A DNA stretch of 25,897 nt from an uncultured Candidatus Saccharimonas sp. (GTDB taxonomy: Bacteria; Patescibacteriota; Saccharimonadia; Saccharimonadales; OMJO01), in contig CAYIDS010000001.1 of assembly GCA_964362185.1 (NCBI GenBank), positions 1-25,897 on the forward strand, given 5' to 3'. The notes below the pieces were generated by a model that was not told the origin of the DNA, made no database searches, and saw only the letters and a program-made list of their open reading frames with translations. Shown piece by piece: positions 1 through 9,236 of this stretch (the stretch's first letter is position 1; every line of letters starts with the position of its first letter). The translations under genes and the position numbers were made by a program.

Positions 1-361
1 ACAAAAAGTAAAAGTAGAAATCGTACCATGCCACACGTCCAAAATACAGCTGTTGTTGTAGCCACACCGTTGGCAAAACACCGCCAAACAGCCATCGATC
101 AAATCGCACCATCTCCATGTAATGAACATTTTTATTTATGAGTGGCGCCAAACTGCGCAATTTTTCATACGACAGTAGCAGTAGAACAAACGGCAAGAAA
201 TAAACTGTAAATCTTCGGCCTTGCCCAATTACCGCGAACAATACGAACAGTGCGATGAACATAACATCGGGTGTCCAAAAAGTCCGAACCGATGCGAACA
301 GCACTATTAGGCCCAGTACGTAGATTACGGCAAATGTCTTGCGGGTCGCGGAAAGCTTCAT
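1..361 (-). CDS. PAP2/AUR1 (inositol-phosphorylceramide-synthase-like) membrane protein, 3' end beyond window
   Basis: Not in the ORF track. Manual translation from ATG 361 gives MKLSATRKTFAVIYVLGLIVLF...YEKLRSLAPLINKNVHYMEMVRFDRWLFGGVLPTVWLQQQLYFGRVAWYDFYFYFL, open to the window edge. It has several TM segments and a D..LFGG.LPT.WLQ motif that I associate with PAP2_3/AUR1-like proteins. The catalytic motifs lie outside the window. Confidence 0.6.
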   Translation of the reverse strand, partial: MKLSATRKTFAVIYVLGLIVLFASVRTFWTPDVMFIALFVLFAVIGQGRRFTVYFLPFVLLLLSYEKLRSLAPLINKNVHYMEMVRFDRWLFGGVLPTVWLQQQLYFGRVAWYDFYFYFL

Positions 362-386
362 GACTACATTGTATCGCAACCATGGC

Positions 387-523
387 ACGGTCGACCACGA
401 CAGACCTGACACTCAAAACACTACACAAGCTACAAGAAGTTACAAGGTTGAACCTTGTAATGTGTTGTAGTTTCTTTTTTGGTCGTTACAATCAGGGGCG
501 GTTTTGAGTGTCAGCTCGACCGT
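387..523. repeat. Nested inverted repeats in a divergent intergenic region
   Basis: TTACAAGGTT-g-AACCTTGTAA (440-460); CTACAA/TTGTAG (430-435/465-470) share the same centre; CTGACACTCAAAAC/GTTTTGAGTGTCAG (406-419/501-514); ACGGTCGA/TCGACCGT (387-394/516-523). Confidence 0.8.
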
Positions 524-635
524 ACTTGCTCGTTATCAGAATCTACTATGGGGAATTATGCTTCATTGTGCTATGATTAATGTAAGCAAGTGGTTACTAA
601 AACCTCTCCGTTGTCATAATTCGTTCCTCAAAAGA

Positions 636-667
636 CTTACTATCACCTACGGTTGGATGATAGTAAG
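636..667 (+). promoter_or_regulatory. Hairpin in the leader of the RRM gene
   Basis: Perfect 10-bp stem CTTACTATCA/TGATAGTAAG, ending 36 nt before the ATG at 704. Function unknown. Confidence 0.45.
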
Positions 668-703
668 GCGGGCGAAATAAGTTTAATGGAAGGATAAATA
701 TAA

Positions 704-985
704 ATGTCAATGAAACTATATGTAGGCGGATTAGCTTACAGCGTAACAGACACAGAGCTAGAAACACTTTTCGCGCAGGAAGGTGCGGTTACTAGCGTAA
801 CAGTTATAAAAGATCGTGATACTGGTCAGTCAAAAGGCTTCGGCTTTGTGGAGATGGCTGATGTTAAAGAAGCCCAAAACGCTATCAAGAACTTGAATGG
901 TAAAGAGCTTAGCGGTCGCGCCATTATGGTCAACCAAGCTCGCCCACAAGAAGACCGACGCCCAAGCGGTGGCAATTTTCGATAG
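704..985 (+). CDS. RRM (RNP-1) RNA-binding protein
   Basis: RNP2 KLYVGGL, RNP1 KGFGFVEM, and the C-terminal VNQARP typical of single-RRM bacterial proteins. Confidence 0.95.
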   Translation: MSMKLYVGGLAYSVTDTELETLFAQEGAVTSVTVIKDRDTGQSKGFGFVEMADVKEAQNAIKNLNGKELSGRAIMVNQARPQEDRRPSGGNFR

Positions 986-1061
986 ATTTTAACTAGAAAA
1001 CTATTTCCGGTTAAGCAGTAACAAGATCGGGCTTGGTATCAAGTCCGACGGACGGGTGCAT

Positions 1062-2132
1062 ATGAAAAAATTGAATAAGCACATAGAAATTGTGTGCTCT
1101 GCTACGACGTATCTTAGCTCTATGAGTCAGGCTTCGCGAGACGCCGTTTTAGAAGTGCTGTCAAAGCATTACGCCAAAGTTGGCATTACGATTGTCAATA
1201 ATTTGTCGGATCTCGAGGCTCTGGTAGCAACAAGGCCAGACCTGGTCTTTTTGGGCATGAAGTTTGTGCCTACGGATCAGGCACTGGGCATGGAAGACCC
1301 GAAAAAAATTTGGATTGCCAAATATCTTGACGATTACGGTATAGCTAATACTGGGTCCGATCACTTCGCGCATGAACTTGAACTCAATAAACCGATGGCA
1401 AAGCAACGCGTTACCCAGGCTGGTCTCAAAACAGCCCCCTCTTTTGTTGCTGCCCAAAGTAAGCTATTAAGAAGTGAGGACGTCACCCTGGCGTATCCGG
1501 TATTTATAAAACCAACCAATCGTGGTGGCGGGCTAGGGATTGATAGTGACTCGGTGGCTCATAATTATGAGCAGTTGAAGGCAAAAGTTAACGCCATCGC
1601 TACTAATCTTGGGTCGGATTCGTTAGTAGAAGAGTACTTGCCAGGTCGTGAGTTTAGCGTGGCTATACTAAAGGATGAGCTATCTGGTGAGTTCGCGCTT
1701 ATGCCTCTTGAGCTGATTGCCCCACTAGATGAACGCGGCGAAAGGTTGCTGAGCGAGGCAGTGAAGTCCTCAGATACAGAGACTGCCATAAGAGTCACAG
1801 ACGAAGCCGTAAAGTCCAAAATTACCAGTCTGGCAATTAATGCGTTCTACGCGCTTGGAGCGCGTGAATACGGGCGCGTAGATATTCGCTTGGACAAATC
1901 TGGAATACCGCACTTTCTTGAGGCCAACTTGCTACCCAGTCTAATAAGGGGCTATGGCAATTTCCCAAAGGCCTGTTTCTTAAATGGGGGGCTCGACTTT
2001 GAACCAATGATCTTGAGTATTGTCAGACTGGCTCTAGTACGTGACGTCAAAGTTATCGAGGATATCCCAATATTTAGTACAATTTTGCCATCCCTAAAAT
2101 TAATACCCGATCCAGCTCCTGTAGTTGCCTAG
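1062..2132 (+). CDS. ddl: D-alanine--D-alanine ligase-like ATP-grasp enzyme
   Basis: ELNKPMAK, YPVFIKP, LVEEYLPGREFSV, YGRVDIRLD and FLEANLLP are Ddl-type ATP-grasp motifs. ATG 1062 is preferred over GTG 1056. The GSS.G loop reads GGGLG, so substrate identity is not certain. Confidence 0.7.
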   Translation: MKKLNKHIEIVCSATTYLSSMSQASRDAVLEVLSKHYAKVGITIVNNLSDLEALVATRPDLVFLGMKFVPTDQALGMEDPKKIWIAKYLDDYGIANTGSDHFAHELELNKPMAKQRVTQAGLKTAPSFVAAQSKLLRSEDVTLAYPVFIKPTNRGGGLGIDSDSVAHNYEQLKAKVNAIATNLGSDSLVEEYLPGREFSVAILKDELSGEFALMPLELIAPLDERGERLLSEAVKSSDTETAIRVTDEAVKSKITSLAINAFYALGAREYGRVDIRLDKSGIPHFLEANLLPSLIRGYGNFPKACFLNGGLDFEPMILSIVRLALVRDVKVIEDIPIFSTILPSLKLIPDPAPVVA

Positions 2133-2209
2133 TGATAGGCGTTAATGGAATCGAGCGTGGGACAGCCAGACGGCTCTTGCGTAAGTCAACCTTACTATTC
2201 GGACGGTGG

Positions 2210-2422
2210 TTAACCTCTGTCCCAGTTAGCGATTGTTCCTGCCGCGTCCAGCATAACACTCCAGGTACTCTTATCGCCTCGGTTTACAAACAACTTTTGT
2301 CTGACAGGGTTACTGGCATATCTTACAAACGAATCTTTAGACACGGGGTCTCTTTGACGTAATACACGGCTGAGCGTACTGGTCAGGAGCCACCCCGGAG
2401 TGAAAAACTGAAAAAGATACAT
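2210..2422 (-). CDS. Possible 70-aa hypothetical protein
   Basis: ATG directly follows the TGA of the upstream gene (TGAATG) and fills an otherwise empty 290-bp gap. No recognisable motif. Confidence 0.3.
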   Translation of the reverse strand: MYLFQFFTPGWLLTSTLSRVLRQRDPVSKDSFVRYASNPVRQKLFVNRGDKSTWSVMLDAAGTIANWDRG

Positions 2423-3670
2423 TCAGGCCGCCAGTGATAGCTGATCAGCAGATTGAGGGAAGGGATTATCCGCGAATTCGGGGTGATCCACTCGCCACTG
2501 TTTAAGCGGATCTGGTATTTGCTGTCCTACCTCACCGGCATCTCTTAAGGCTGCCAACAAGGTGGCTTCACCACCCCTCGCGCTGGCTATGCTAAGACAA
2601 CTGGGATATGCGACAAATTCTAGATCAGGGCGTTTAGGGGGCAGTATCTCTAAGGGGATATTAAAATCTGCCGCCCTGGCTATGATCTCCGGGTACAAAG
2701 CTTGCGCTGGGTTGTCTGCTGTTCCGGGGATAAGCACACAATGTGCAACATCATATACTCGGTTGTAGGTAGTGTCATCGTCGGGAGTGTCATTTGGTTC
2801 GAACCGCCCTATGTGAAAAAGTAATGATACGCCGCGGCGAAGTTCCACCATGTCATTTGGCCCTATCCAGCTTTTCTTTTCTTCACTAACATCGTTAACA
2901 ACCAGACCTTCTAAACCTTTAATTTCTTTGGCTGATGCCAAAAATTCTGCAGTAATATCCTTCCACGAATCAGCTATCGTAAAGCACATTTTGTATTCTC
3001 CGTCCTTAGACGTTCTGGTAGTCACGCCGATTCTGCCATCTGGCAGTCCGACATAACGTACGCCCTTGGTTCCTTCGTCGGACTCAACCAGACGCTCTAA
3101 TTTATCAAGGTTGCCGCCAATTGCAGTAACGGATTTAAACGCACTGCCCTGTGTGGGGTCGTTTGGATCATTGGGCTTAACCTCTACCCAGGTAACTACC
3201 CAGTTGCCTTTTACATAAGAAATAGCTGGGTCTTGAGCAATCTGACCTGCTGTTAACTCCGACAAATTCGAGATTGCAGCAGGGTAACAATCCCTGCCAT
3301 CTTCACTGCATTGGTAAATGGCAAGCTTGGAGGTAAATTCTCCCCCAGCGCCAATTTCTTCCTCTCGGACTAGCATATGCGGTATTTCGCCGACCTTAAA
3401 CATTTTACTGGCGTTATATACGGATATGCCTGGCGGAAGTTCGTGAAACTCCACAGGCCATGCATCGGACTCTGGTTTTTCGTATCGTTCCAATAAATCA
3501 TCTATTGATTCCGCCCCCATAACAGGATCAACTTCTTGTCCTTCTACAAAACCGTCTAACAACATGACACCTCCTAAATTTTCTAACCCTAACCGTACCA
3601 CGTCGTCTACTCGATCTGTATGCATCGAGCCGAATTGTTCTATATCTTTTTGTTCAATGGTTGCACTCAT
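2423..3670 (-). CDS. DUF1861 / MTP-1 (GT108/GH130-like five-bladed beta-propeller) protein
   Basis: Ordered motif matches recalled for DUF1861: VYN.S..F, QDP, KGVRYVGLPDGRIGVTTR, WIGPND, HIG, EIIARAADF, KRPDL. Confidence 0.6.
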   Translation of the reverse strand: MSATIEQKDIEQFGSMHTDRVDDVVRLGLENLGGVMLLDGFVEGQEVDPVMGAESIDDLLERYEKPESDAWPVEFHELPPGISVYNASKMFKVGEIPHMLVREEEIGAGGEFTSKLAIYQCSEDGRDCYPAAISNLSELTAGQIAQDPAISYVKGNWVVTWVEVKPNDPNDPTQGSAFKSVTAIGGNLDKLERLVESDEGTKGVRYVGLPDGRIGVTTRTSKDGEYKMCFTIADSWKDITAEFLASAKEIKGLEGLVVNDVSEEKKSWIGPNDMVELRRGVSLLFHIGRFEPNDTPDDDTTYNRVYDVAHCVLIPGTADNPAQALYPEIIARAADFNIPLEILPPKRPDLEFVAYPSCLSIASARGGEATLLAALRDAGEVGQQIPDPLKQWRVDHPEFADNPFPQSADQLSLAA

Positions 3671-3901
3671 TGCGTATAGGGTTTACAATTTTGGGTGATT
3701 TATTTTTGTTTGACTACATATGCTAAAAATTGCTTAACCTTATTTATCGTTATACTCCTATATAACCGTCTTGTCTAGCCCCTCATGCTAAAAGCCATAA
3801 AACTTATAAACCACAGGAGTTAATTGGCTAGGCGCGTTAGTAAGGGTAGAACTTTAGCTATCTGGTAGCATAATTCGACTCTATCGGTGTAGAATATTGC
3901 C

Positions 3902-4588
3902 ATGGTCACTAGTTTATTCAAACACAAAGTATACAAAGCAAAAAATGAGCAAAAAATCCTGTTCTTTTTTCCCGCCGGGTTTACAAAATTATGGTGGTAC
4001 CACTTTACCTTTAATTTTCTGAACCGAAAAAACATTACGGTTATAGCGTTTGATCTAGATTGGCATCGAGCAGTTAGTGAACTCGATCCAAACAAGTTAC
4101 ACCGACTACTAGATGATATTAATGAGATTGTTGAAAAAGTTCAAAATGATCATTCAAATGTTACTGAATACTCAGTTTTTGGCACAAGTTTTGGAACAGT
4201 TATTGCTCTGTACATAGCCAAAAAACACAAAAACATCCAATCAATTATTCTAAACATGCCTTATGGAACTATCGCGCACCTATTATGGACGCATAAACCT
4301 TCTAGGCCATTCAAAGATCACGCTATCGCTAGCGGTCTTGATACCGAGTTTAAATTACACACGGCATTAATGCCCATAGAGACACAGGCGAATTTAGAAA
4401 TATTGTCTGACCGAAAGGTAGTAAATTTTACGGCACTAAACGACAAGATTGTTTTTGATGGTCGAGATTTCGCAAATGCTTTAAGTAAAACTAATACCTC
4501 GGCTATTTTCCATGAGACACAATTTGGTCATTTTTGGGGCGGGATAGAAAACATTCTTTCTAAACGCAAGTGGGATTCCATACTCTAG
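3902..4588 (+). CDS. Alpha/beta-fold hydrolase
   Basis: Nucleophile elbow GTSFG, candidate acid in NDKIV and His in GHFWG, in the expected order. Confidence 0.8.
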   Translation: MVTSLFKHKVYKAKNEQKILFFFPAGFTKLWWYHFTFNFLNRKNITVIAFDLDWHRAVSELDPNKLHRLLDDINEIVEKVQNDHSNVTEYSVFGTSFGTVIALYIAKKHKNIQSIILNMPYGTIAHLLWTHKPSRPFKDHAIASGLDTEFKLHTALMPIETQANLEILSDRKVVNFTALNDKIVFDGRDFANALSKTNTSAIFHETQFGHFWGGIENILSKRKWDSIL

Positions 4589-4773
4589 ACACGCATTTCG
4601 CACTTAGCCGTTGATGCTAGGTTGCAACTAGGACGAGAGCGAAAGCTTTTAACTCGAGCAAAGCATAACTATTCAAAATATCCGTTCATCATCCCTATTC
4701 TGCAATCATAAGCCCGAAATTAATATGGTATCCTTACCATAAGGATGTTGTATGTGATGTTTGGGTGCTGTCA

Positions 4774-5679
4774 ATGACAAAACATAAAAATAAGCCTAGT
4801 CAAGGCAAGTCCGTAAGGTTTATTCTTTTAGGGCTGGTCGGCTTGGGGCTGATCATTGCAACAATGTTGCGTGGCAGTGACGTTGTGCTGTTAAACCCAA
4901 AGGGTGCGGTAGCCGGGGAGCAGCTTAAGCTGATGATATTTTCGGCGACCCTGTTGTTGACAATTGCTGTCCCGACTTTGTTTTTCTTATACTTTTTTGC
5001 CTGGAAATATAGAGAATCTAATGAAAAGGCTATGTATAGCCCACATGCCCGTCATGGCAAATTCTTTGTACTTAGCATGTGGGCGATTCCAACTGTTTCT
5101 ATAGCGGTGCTGGCAGTCGTTATGTGGTCGGCTACCCTTAAACTTGAACCTCAGAAACCAATCGCTTCTAATGCCAAGCCTCTCATTGTTCAAGTAGTGG
5201 CTTTGCGCTGGAAGTGGCTCTTTATCTACCCTGAGCACAACATTGCCACCATTAATTATGTTCAAGTTCCTACCGGTATCCCGGTGCAATTTGAGCTAAC
5301 GGCCGATGAGGCACCAATGAGTTCGTTCTGGATTCCTCACCTGGGTGGTCAATTATACGCGATGACTGGGCATTCGAATCGGCTGAATCTTATTGCCGAT
5401 ACACCGGGCGACTACCCAGGCAGATCGGCCGAAATAAACGGCGCTGGCTTTGCCGGAATGAAGTTCATAGCACGCGCTAGTTCAAAAGAAGATTTTGCTC
5501 TATGGATACAAGATGTGCGACTAACTTCAGCAGTACTTGATTGGGCAGGATATGAAAAGTTGCTTAGGCCAAGTGAGTACAACCTTGCCGAATTCTACGC
5601 CATGGCCGAAACAGACTTATATGATAAAGTGCTTATGAAATACAGGGGGTCTCACGACCACAACACGGGGCAAGAATGA
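4774..5679 (+). CDS. cyoA: Cytochrome bo3-type quinol oxidase subunit II
   Basis: LLNPKG, AWKYR, WKWLFIYP, MSSFWIPHLGGQLYAM, SAEINGAGFAGMKF. No CuA Cys motif, so it is a quinol-type subunit II. Confidence 0.95.
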   Translation: MTKHKNKPSQGKSVRFILLGLVGLGLIIATMLRGSDVVLLNPKGAVAGEQLKLMIFSATLLLTIAVPTLFFLYFFAWKYRESNEKAMYSPHARHGKFFVLSMWAIPTVSIAVLAVVMWSATLKLEPQKPIASNAKPLIVQVVALRWKWLFIYPEHNIATINYVQVPTGIPVQFELTADEAPMSSFWIPHLGGQLYAMTGHSNRLNLIADTPGDYPGRSAEINGAGFAGMKFIARASSKEDFALWIQDVRLTSAVLDWAGYEKLLRPSEYNLAEFYAMAETDLYDKVLMKYRGSHDHNTGQE

Positions 5680-7766
5680 AACAGCAACTCATCGGTAAAT
5701 TAAACCTGCACGCTCTGCCACACGAGTGGTTTACTATCGGCGGCACAGTTGCCCTTATCGGAATGATGTTGGTTGTTGCCATAGTTATTACGCGCAAGAA
5801 ACGCTGGAAATGGCTATGGAACGAGTGGCTGACCTCAGTTGATCCAAAGAAGATCGGCATAATGTATTTTATTGTGGCCGGATTTATGCTCCTACGGGGT
5901 GGGCTGGATGCGATGATGATTTGGCTCCAGCAAGCGCTGTCGGCTGGATCTTCGCATGGTTTCCTCTCAGCTGACCACTTTCAGCAAATTCTTACTGCTC
6001 ATGGAAATATCATGGTTTTCTTTGTAGCCATGGCCTTTATTTTTGGGCTCATAAACTACATCGTGCCATTGCAAATTGGCGCACGAGATCTGGCTTCGCC
6101 TTTTCTGAACACCTTGGGTTTTTGGCTGTTCGTGGCTGGTGTAGTAATGGTAAATATGTTCTTTCTACTTGGCGGAGAGTATGCTGCGACCGGCTGGCTG
6201 GCCGTTGCGCCGCTGTCGAGCAAGCAATTTAGCCCAGGCGTAGGCGTTGATTATTGGATATGGAGTTTACAGATTTCTGGTATTGGGACGACACTGGGCG
6301 CAATAAACTTTATTATGACAATTCTTAGAATGCGCGCTCCTGGAATGACCCTATGGAAAATGCCTTTGTTTACCTGGGGATCCCTGTGCAGTATGATTAT
6401 GGCAGCAACCGTTTTCCCACTCCTTACAGCTACACTTTTCCTGGTGTTTTTCGATCGGTATTTAGGCACGCATTTCTTCACCACCGACTTGGGAGGTAAC
6501 GCTATGATGTACACCAATCTCATCTGGATGTGGGGACACCCGGAAGTGTATATTTTAATGCTGCCGTCATTTGGTGTGTTTTCAGAAATAGTTTCAACCT
6601 TCAGTCGAAAGCGCGTTGCCAGCTACTTGTCTAATGTATGGGGTATGATTGGTGTCTCGACGCTAGCGCTTTCGGTGTGGCTACACCATTTCTTCACTAT
6701 GGGCGCCGGCGCGAATGTAAACGCATTCTTCGGGGTAATGACGATGGTGATTGCGATACCCACGACTGTACTGGTGTTTACCTGGATTGCCACGATGTAC
6801 AAAGGTCGGATACGGTTCGGTACGCCGATACTGTGGTTTCTTGGATTCATTGGCACATTCGCGATTGGCGGAATGACAGGTGTAATGTTGGCTGTTCCAC
6901 CTGTCGACTTTCAATTGCACAATAGTTTGTTCCTGGTGGCACACTTTCACACTATGGTTATAGGCGGGGTGGTCTTTGGTGTATTCGCCGGGATATCGTA
7001 CTGGTTTCCGAAGATAGCAGGATTTAGGCTCAACGAACGGATTGGCCGATATGCTTTTTGGTGCTGGCTAATTGGATTCGTCATGGCCTTTGCTCCGCTC
7101 TATGTGCTTGGGCTTATGGGAGCCACCAGAAGGCTTGATCACTACGACTCCTCAACTGGTTGGCAGCCGTTTTACGTCATGGCACTCATGGGAGGGATTA
7201 TTATCATGATTGGTGTCGCTCTCCAAATTGTTCAAATTATTGCTAGCTTTATTCAAAGAAGGCAACTGGTTGACACTACCGGTGATCCATGGGATGGGCG
7301 TTCACTTGAGTGGTCAACAGCTTCACCACCACCATCGTACAATTTTACCGTCATCCCCCATGTTATGTCTCGTGACGCATACTGGGAAATGAAACGACTG
7401 CATATGCCAAAGCGTTCCTACGAAGACATCCTTATCCCCAAGAATACAGCTTCAGGTATTTATATTTCTGCCTTCGCCTTTCTAGTTGGCTTCGGCTTCG
7501 TTTGGGAGATTGTCTGGCTGGTTGTCATGTCAATAATTGGCATAATAGTTTGCGTAGTTGCCCGAACCTTTAATGAACATACCGAATATACTCTCACGGC
7601 TGACGAGGTAGAAAAGCTAGAGGCGACCCGAGCCAAAAAAGCCGCTACCACGCACGCGGATAAGGATGCAGACTCGGGTGAGGACATGGGTCTGCTGGAA
7701 TTTGTCAAGTTTGTGGTTGTGTGGGCACGGAATTTTGTAAGGAAAAAACAATGGCGCACTCGGTAA
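5676..7766 (+). CDS. cyoB: Cytochrome bo3-type quinol oxidase subunit I
   Basis: Heme and CuB ligands present (TAHG, GHPEVY, WLHH, AHFH), as are the quinol-site R/D (LLRGGLD) and H/Q (DHFQQ). ATGA overlap with cyoA. Confidence 0.97.
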   Translation: MKQQLIGKLNLHALPHEWFTIGGTVALIGMMLVVAIVITRKKRWKWLWNEWLTSVDPKKIGIMYFIVAGFMLLRGGLDAMMIWLQQALSAGSSHGFLSADHFQQILTAHGNIMVFFVAMAFIFGLINYIVPLQIGARDLASPFLNTLGFWLFVAGVVMVNMFFLLGGEYAATGWLAVAPLSSKQFSPGVGVDYWIWSLQISGIGTTLGAINFIMTILRMRAPGMTLWKMPLFTWGSLCSMIMAATVFPLLTATLFLVFFDRYLGTHFFTTDLGGNAMMYTNLIWMWGHPEVYILMLPSFGVFSEIVSTFSRKRVASYLSNVWGMIGVSTLALSVWLHHFFTMGAGANVNAFFGVMTMVIAIPTTVLVFTWIATMYKGRIRFGTPILWFLGFIGTFAIGGMTGVMLAVPPVDFQLHNSLFLVAHFHTMVIGGVVFGVFAGISYWFPKIAGFRLNERIGRYAFWCWLIGFVMAFAPLYVLGLMGATRRLDHYDSSTGWQPFYVMALMGGIIIMIGVALQIVQIIASFIQRRQLVDTTGDPWDGRSLEWSTASPPPSYNFTVIPHVMSRDAYWEMKRLHMPKRSYEDILIPKNTASGIYISAFAFLVGFGFVWEIVWLVVMSIIGIIVCVVARTFNEHTEYTLTADEVEKLEATRAKKAATTHADKDADSGEDMGLLEFVKFVVVWARNFVRKKQWRTR

Positions 7767-8350
7767 CAGCAGAAGATAACAAACACGAAGAAGCCGCGAC
7801 TGACAGGACCATGTTTGGCTTCTGGATCTATTTAATGACTGATCTTTTGATGTTTGCGGTGTTATTTGCGGTGTATGCGGTTTTGCGTGGCAATACCATG
7901 AGCGGCCCATCAGGCCGTGAACTCTTTAGTCTCCCACTGGCTTTGACCGGAACGCTAATTCTACTTACCAGCAGTTTTACTTGCGGGCTCGGAATGATTG
8001 CCGCCAGACGAGGCAACAAAAACCAAGTCCTCGTGTGGTTCGGCATTACATTCATACTAGGCTTGGCGTTCTTGGGCTTAGAGCTAAAGGAATTTACCGA
8101 GCTTATACATGAGGGCCACACTCTTGCCAGCAATGCGTTTCTGTCCTCATTCTTTGCGTTGGTTGGTACGCACGGGCTCCATATTATTTCGGGGCTGCTG
8201 TGGATAGCGATAATTCTGGCATTCGTCTTTGTTCGGGGCCTTAACTCGCACATGGTACGGAAGTTGACCTTGCTGAGTCTGTTCTGGCACTTCTTAGATA
8301 TAGTGTGGATATTTATCTTTACAATTGTGTATTTAGGGGCATTCGTATGA
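7751..8350 (+). CDS. cyoC: Quinol oxidase subunit III
   Basis: FGFWIYLMTD, LLTSSFTCG, LVGTHGLH, FWHFLDIVW. ATG 7751 is preferred over the ORF-track start at 7721. Confidence 0.95.
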   Translation: MAHSVTAEDNKHEEAATDRTMFGFWIYLMTDLLMFAVLFAVYAVLRGNTMSGPSGRELFSLPLALTGTLILLTSSFTCGLGMIAARRGNKNQVLVWFGITFILGLAFLGLELKEFTELIHEGHTLASNAFLSSFFALVGTHGLHIISGLLWIAIILAFVFVRGLNSHMVRKLTLLSLFWHFLDIVWIFIFTIVYLGAFV

Positions 8351-8440
8351 GTCCCGTTAGACTCCAGAAGACGGCTGTATCTAGTAGTACGACTGAACAC
8401 GTGACAGCTTTTCAGCCGTTCAGTGATAATAGAAAGTTAA

Positions 8441-9127
8441 GTGGAGTCTAACGGGATGAGCAAGACAAATAGCGAGCACGGTACTATGCTGTCTTATGTA
8501 ATTGGATATATTTTGTCTTTGGTGTTCACATTCATACCTTACTATATGGTGGTCAATAAAACCGCTTCTGGTACTGCATTACTTGCAACAATTCTTGGAT
8601 TTGCGGTTTTTCAGATGATCATCCAGATACTATTCTTCCTACATTTGGGACGGGAGCCAAAGCCGCGTTATAACCTAACATTCTTCATTGCAACGGTTAC
8701 TATCATTCTGGTAGTAGTAGGGGGCTCCTTGTTCATCATGAGTCATCTTTACGATAATATGACACCAACAGAGGTGACTAAAAAGCTTGCTCAAAACGAG
8801 GGTATCGATCAGGTAGGTGATGAGAAGACAGGTGCTTGCCAACAGCTTTATATTAATCACAAAGTAATTATTGCCAACGGCAAGGTAAGTCCCATCAATA
8901 CCGAAGCAGGCCTTTGCGACACCCTAACATTCCTCAACCAAGATGATAAAGTGCGCGTTATTACGTTCGGAACGCATCCAGACCATAAAAATTATGCCGG
9001 GCAGACTGATCAGTCAGTGCGTAAGGGACGAGGTAAGTCGATAACACTTAATCAGGAAGGTACTTATCAATTCCATGATCATCTTGATCCGGGGGTAACA
9101 GGGTATTTTACTGTAAAGTCGCGGTAG
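8441..9127 (+). CDS. cyoD: Quinol oxidase subunit IV fused to a C-terminal cupredoxin-like domain
   Basis: N-terminal ~110 aa: YVIGYILS, QILFFLHL, GSLFIM (CyoD). C-terminal ~95 aa: VSP...GLCDTLTFLNQD...GTHPDH...GTYQFHDHL, a cupredoxin-like pattern. Alternative start ATG 8456. Confidence 0.85.
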   Translation: MESNGMSKTNSEHGTMLSYVIGYILSLVFTFIPYYMVVNKTASGTALLATILGFAVFQMIIQILFFLHLGREPKPRYNLTFFIATVTIILVVVGGSLFIMSHLYDNMTPTEVTKKLAQNEGIDQVGDEKTGACQQLYINHKVIIANGKVSPINTEAGLCDTLTFLNQDDKVRVITFGTHPDHKNYAGQTDQSVRKGRGKSITLNQEGTYQFHDHLDPGVTGYFTVKSR

Positions 9128-9138
9128 GTTTGCTAAGT

Positions 9139-9236
9139 GACGGAGGATGGCTTCGACCTACTTCGCTAAAGCTACGAAGCCCTACGCAATCCTCCATAGC
9201 TGATCCTAAAAGGATCTGCGACGGAGGATGGCTTCG
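9139..9236. repeat. 17-bp direct repeat enclosing nested palindromes
   Basis: GACGGAGGATGGCTTCG at 9139-9155 and 9220-9236. Between them are CTTCG-ctaaagcta-CGAAG and ATCCTCC...GATCCT-aaa-AGGATC...GGAGGAT. Confidence 0.85.

Noticed and set aside
165-428. 87-aa minus ORF in the track
   Set aside because: Alternative frame over the PAP2-like gene, which the track missed because it runs off the window edge.
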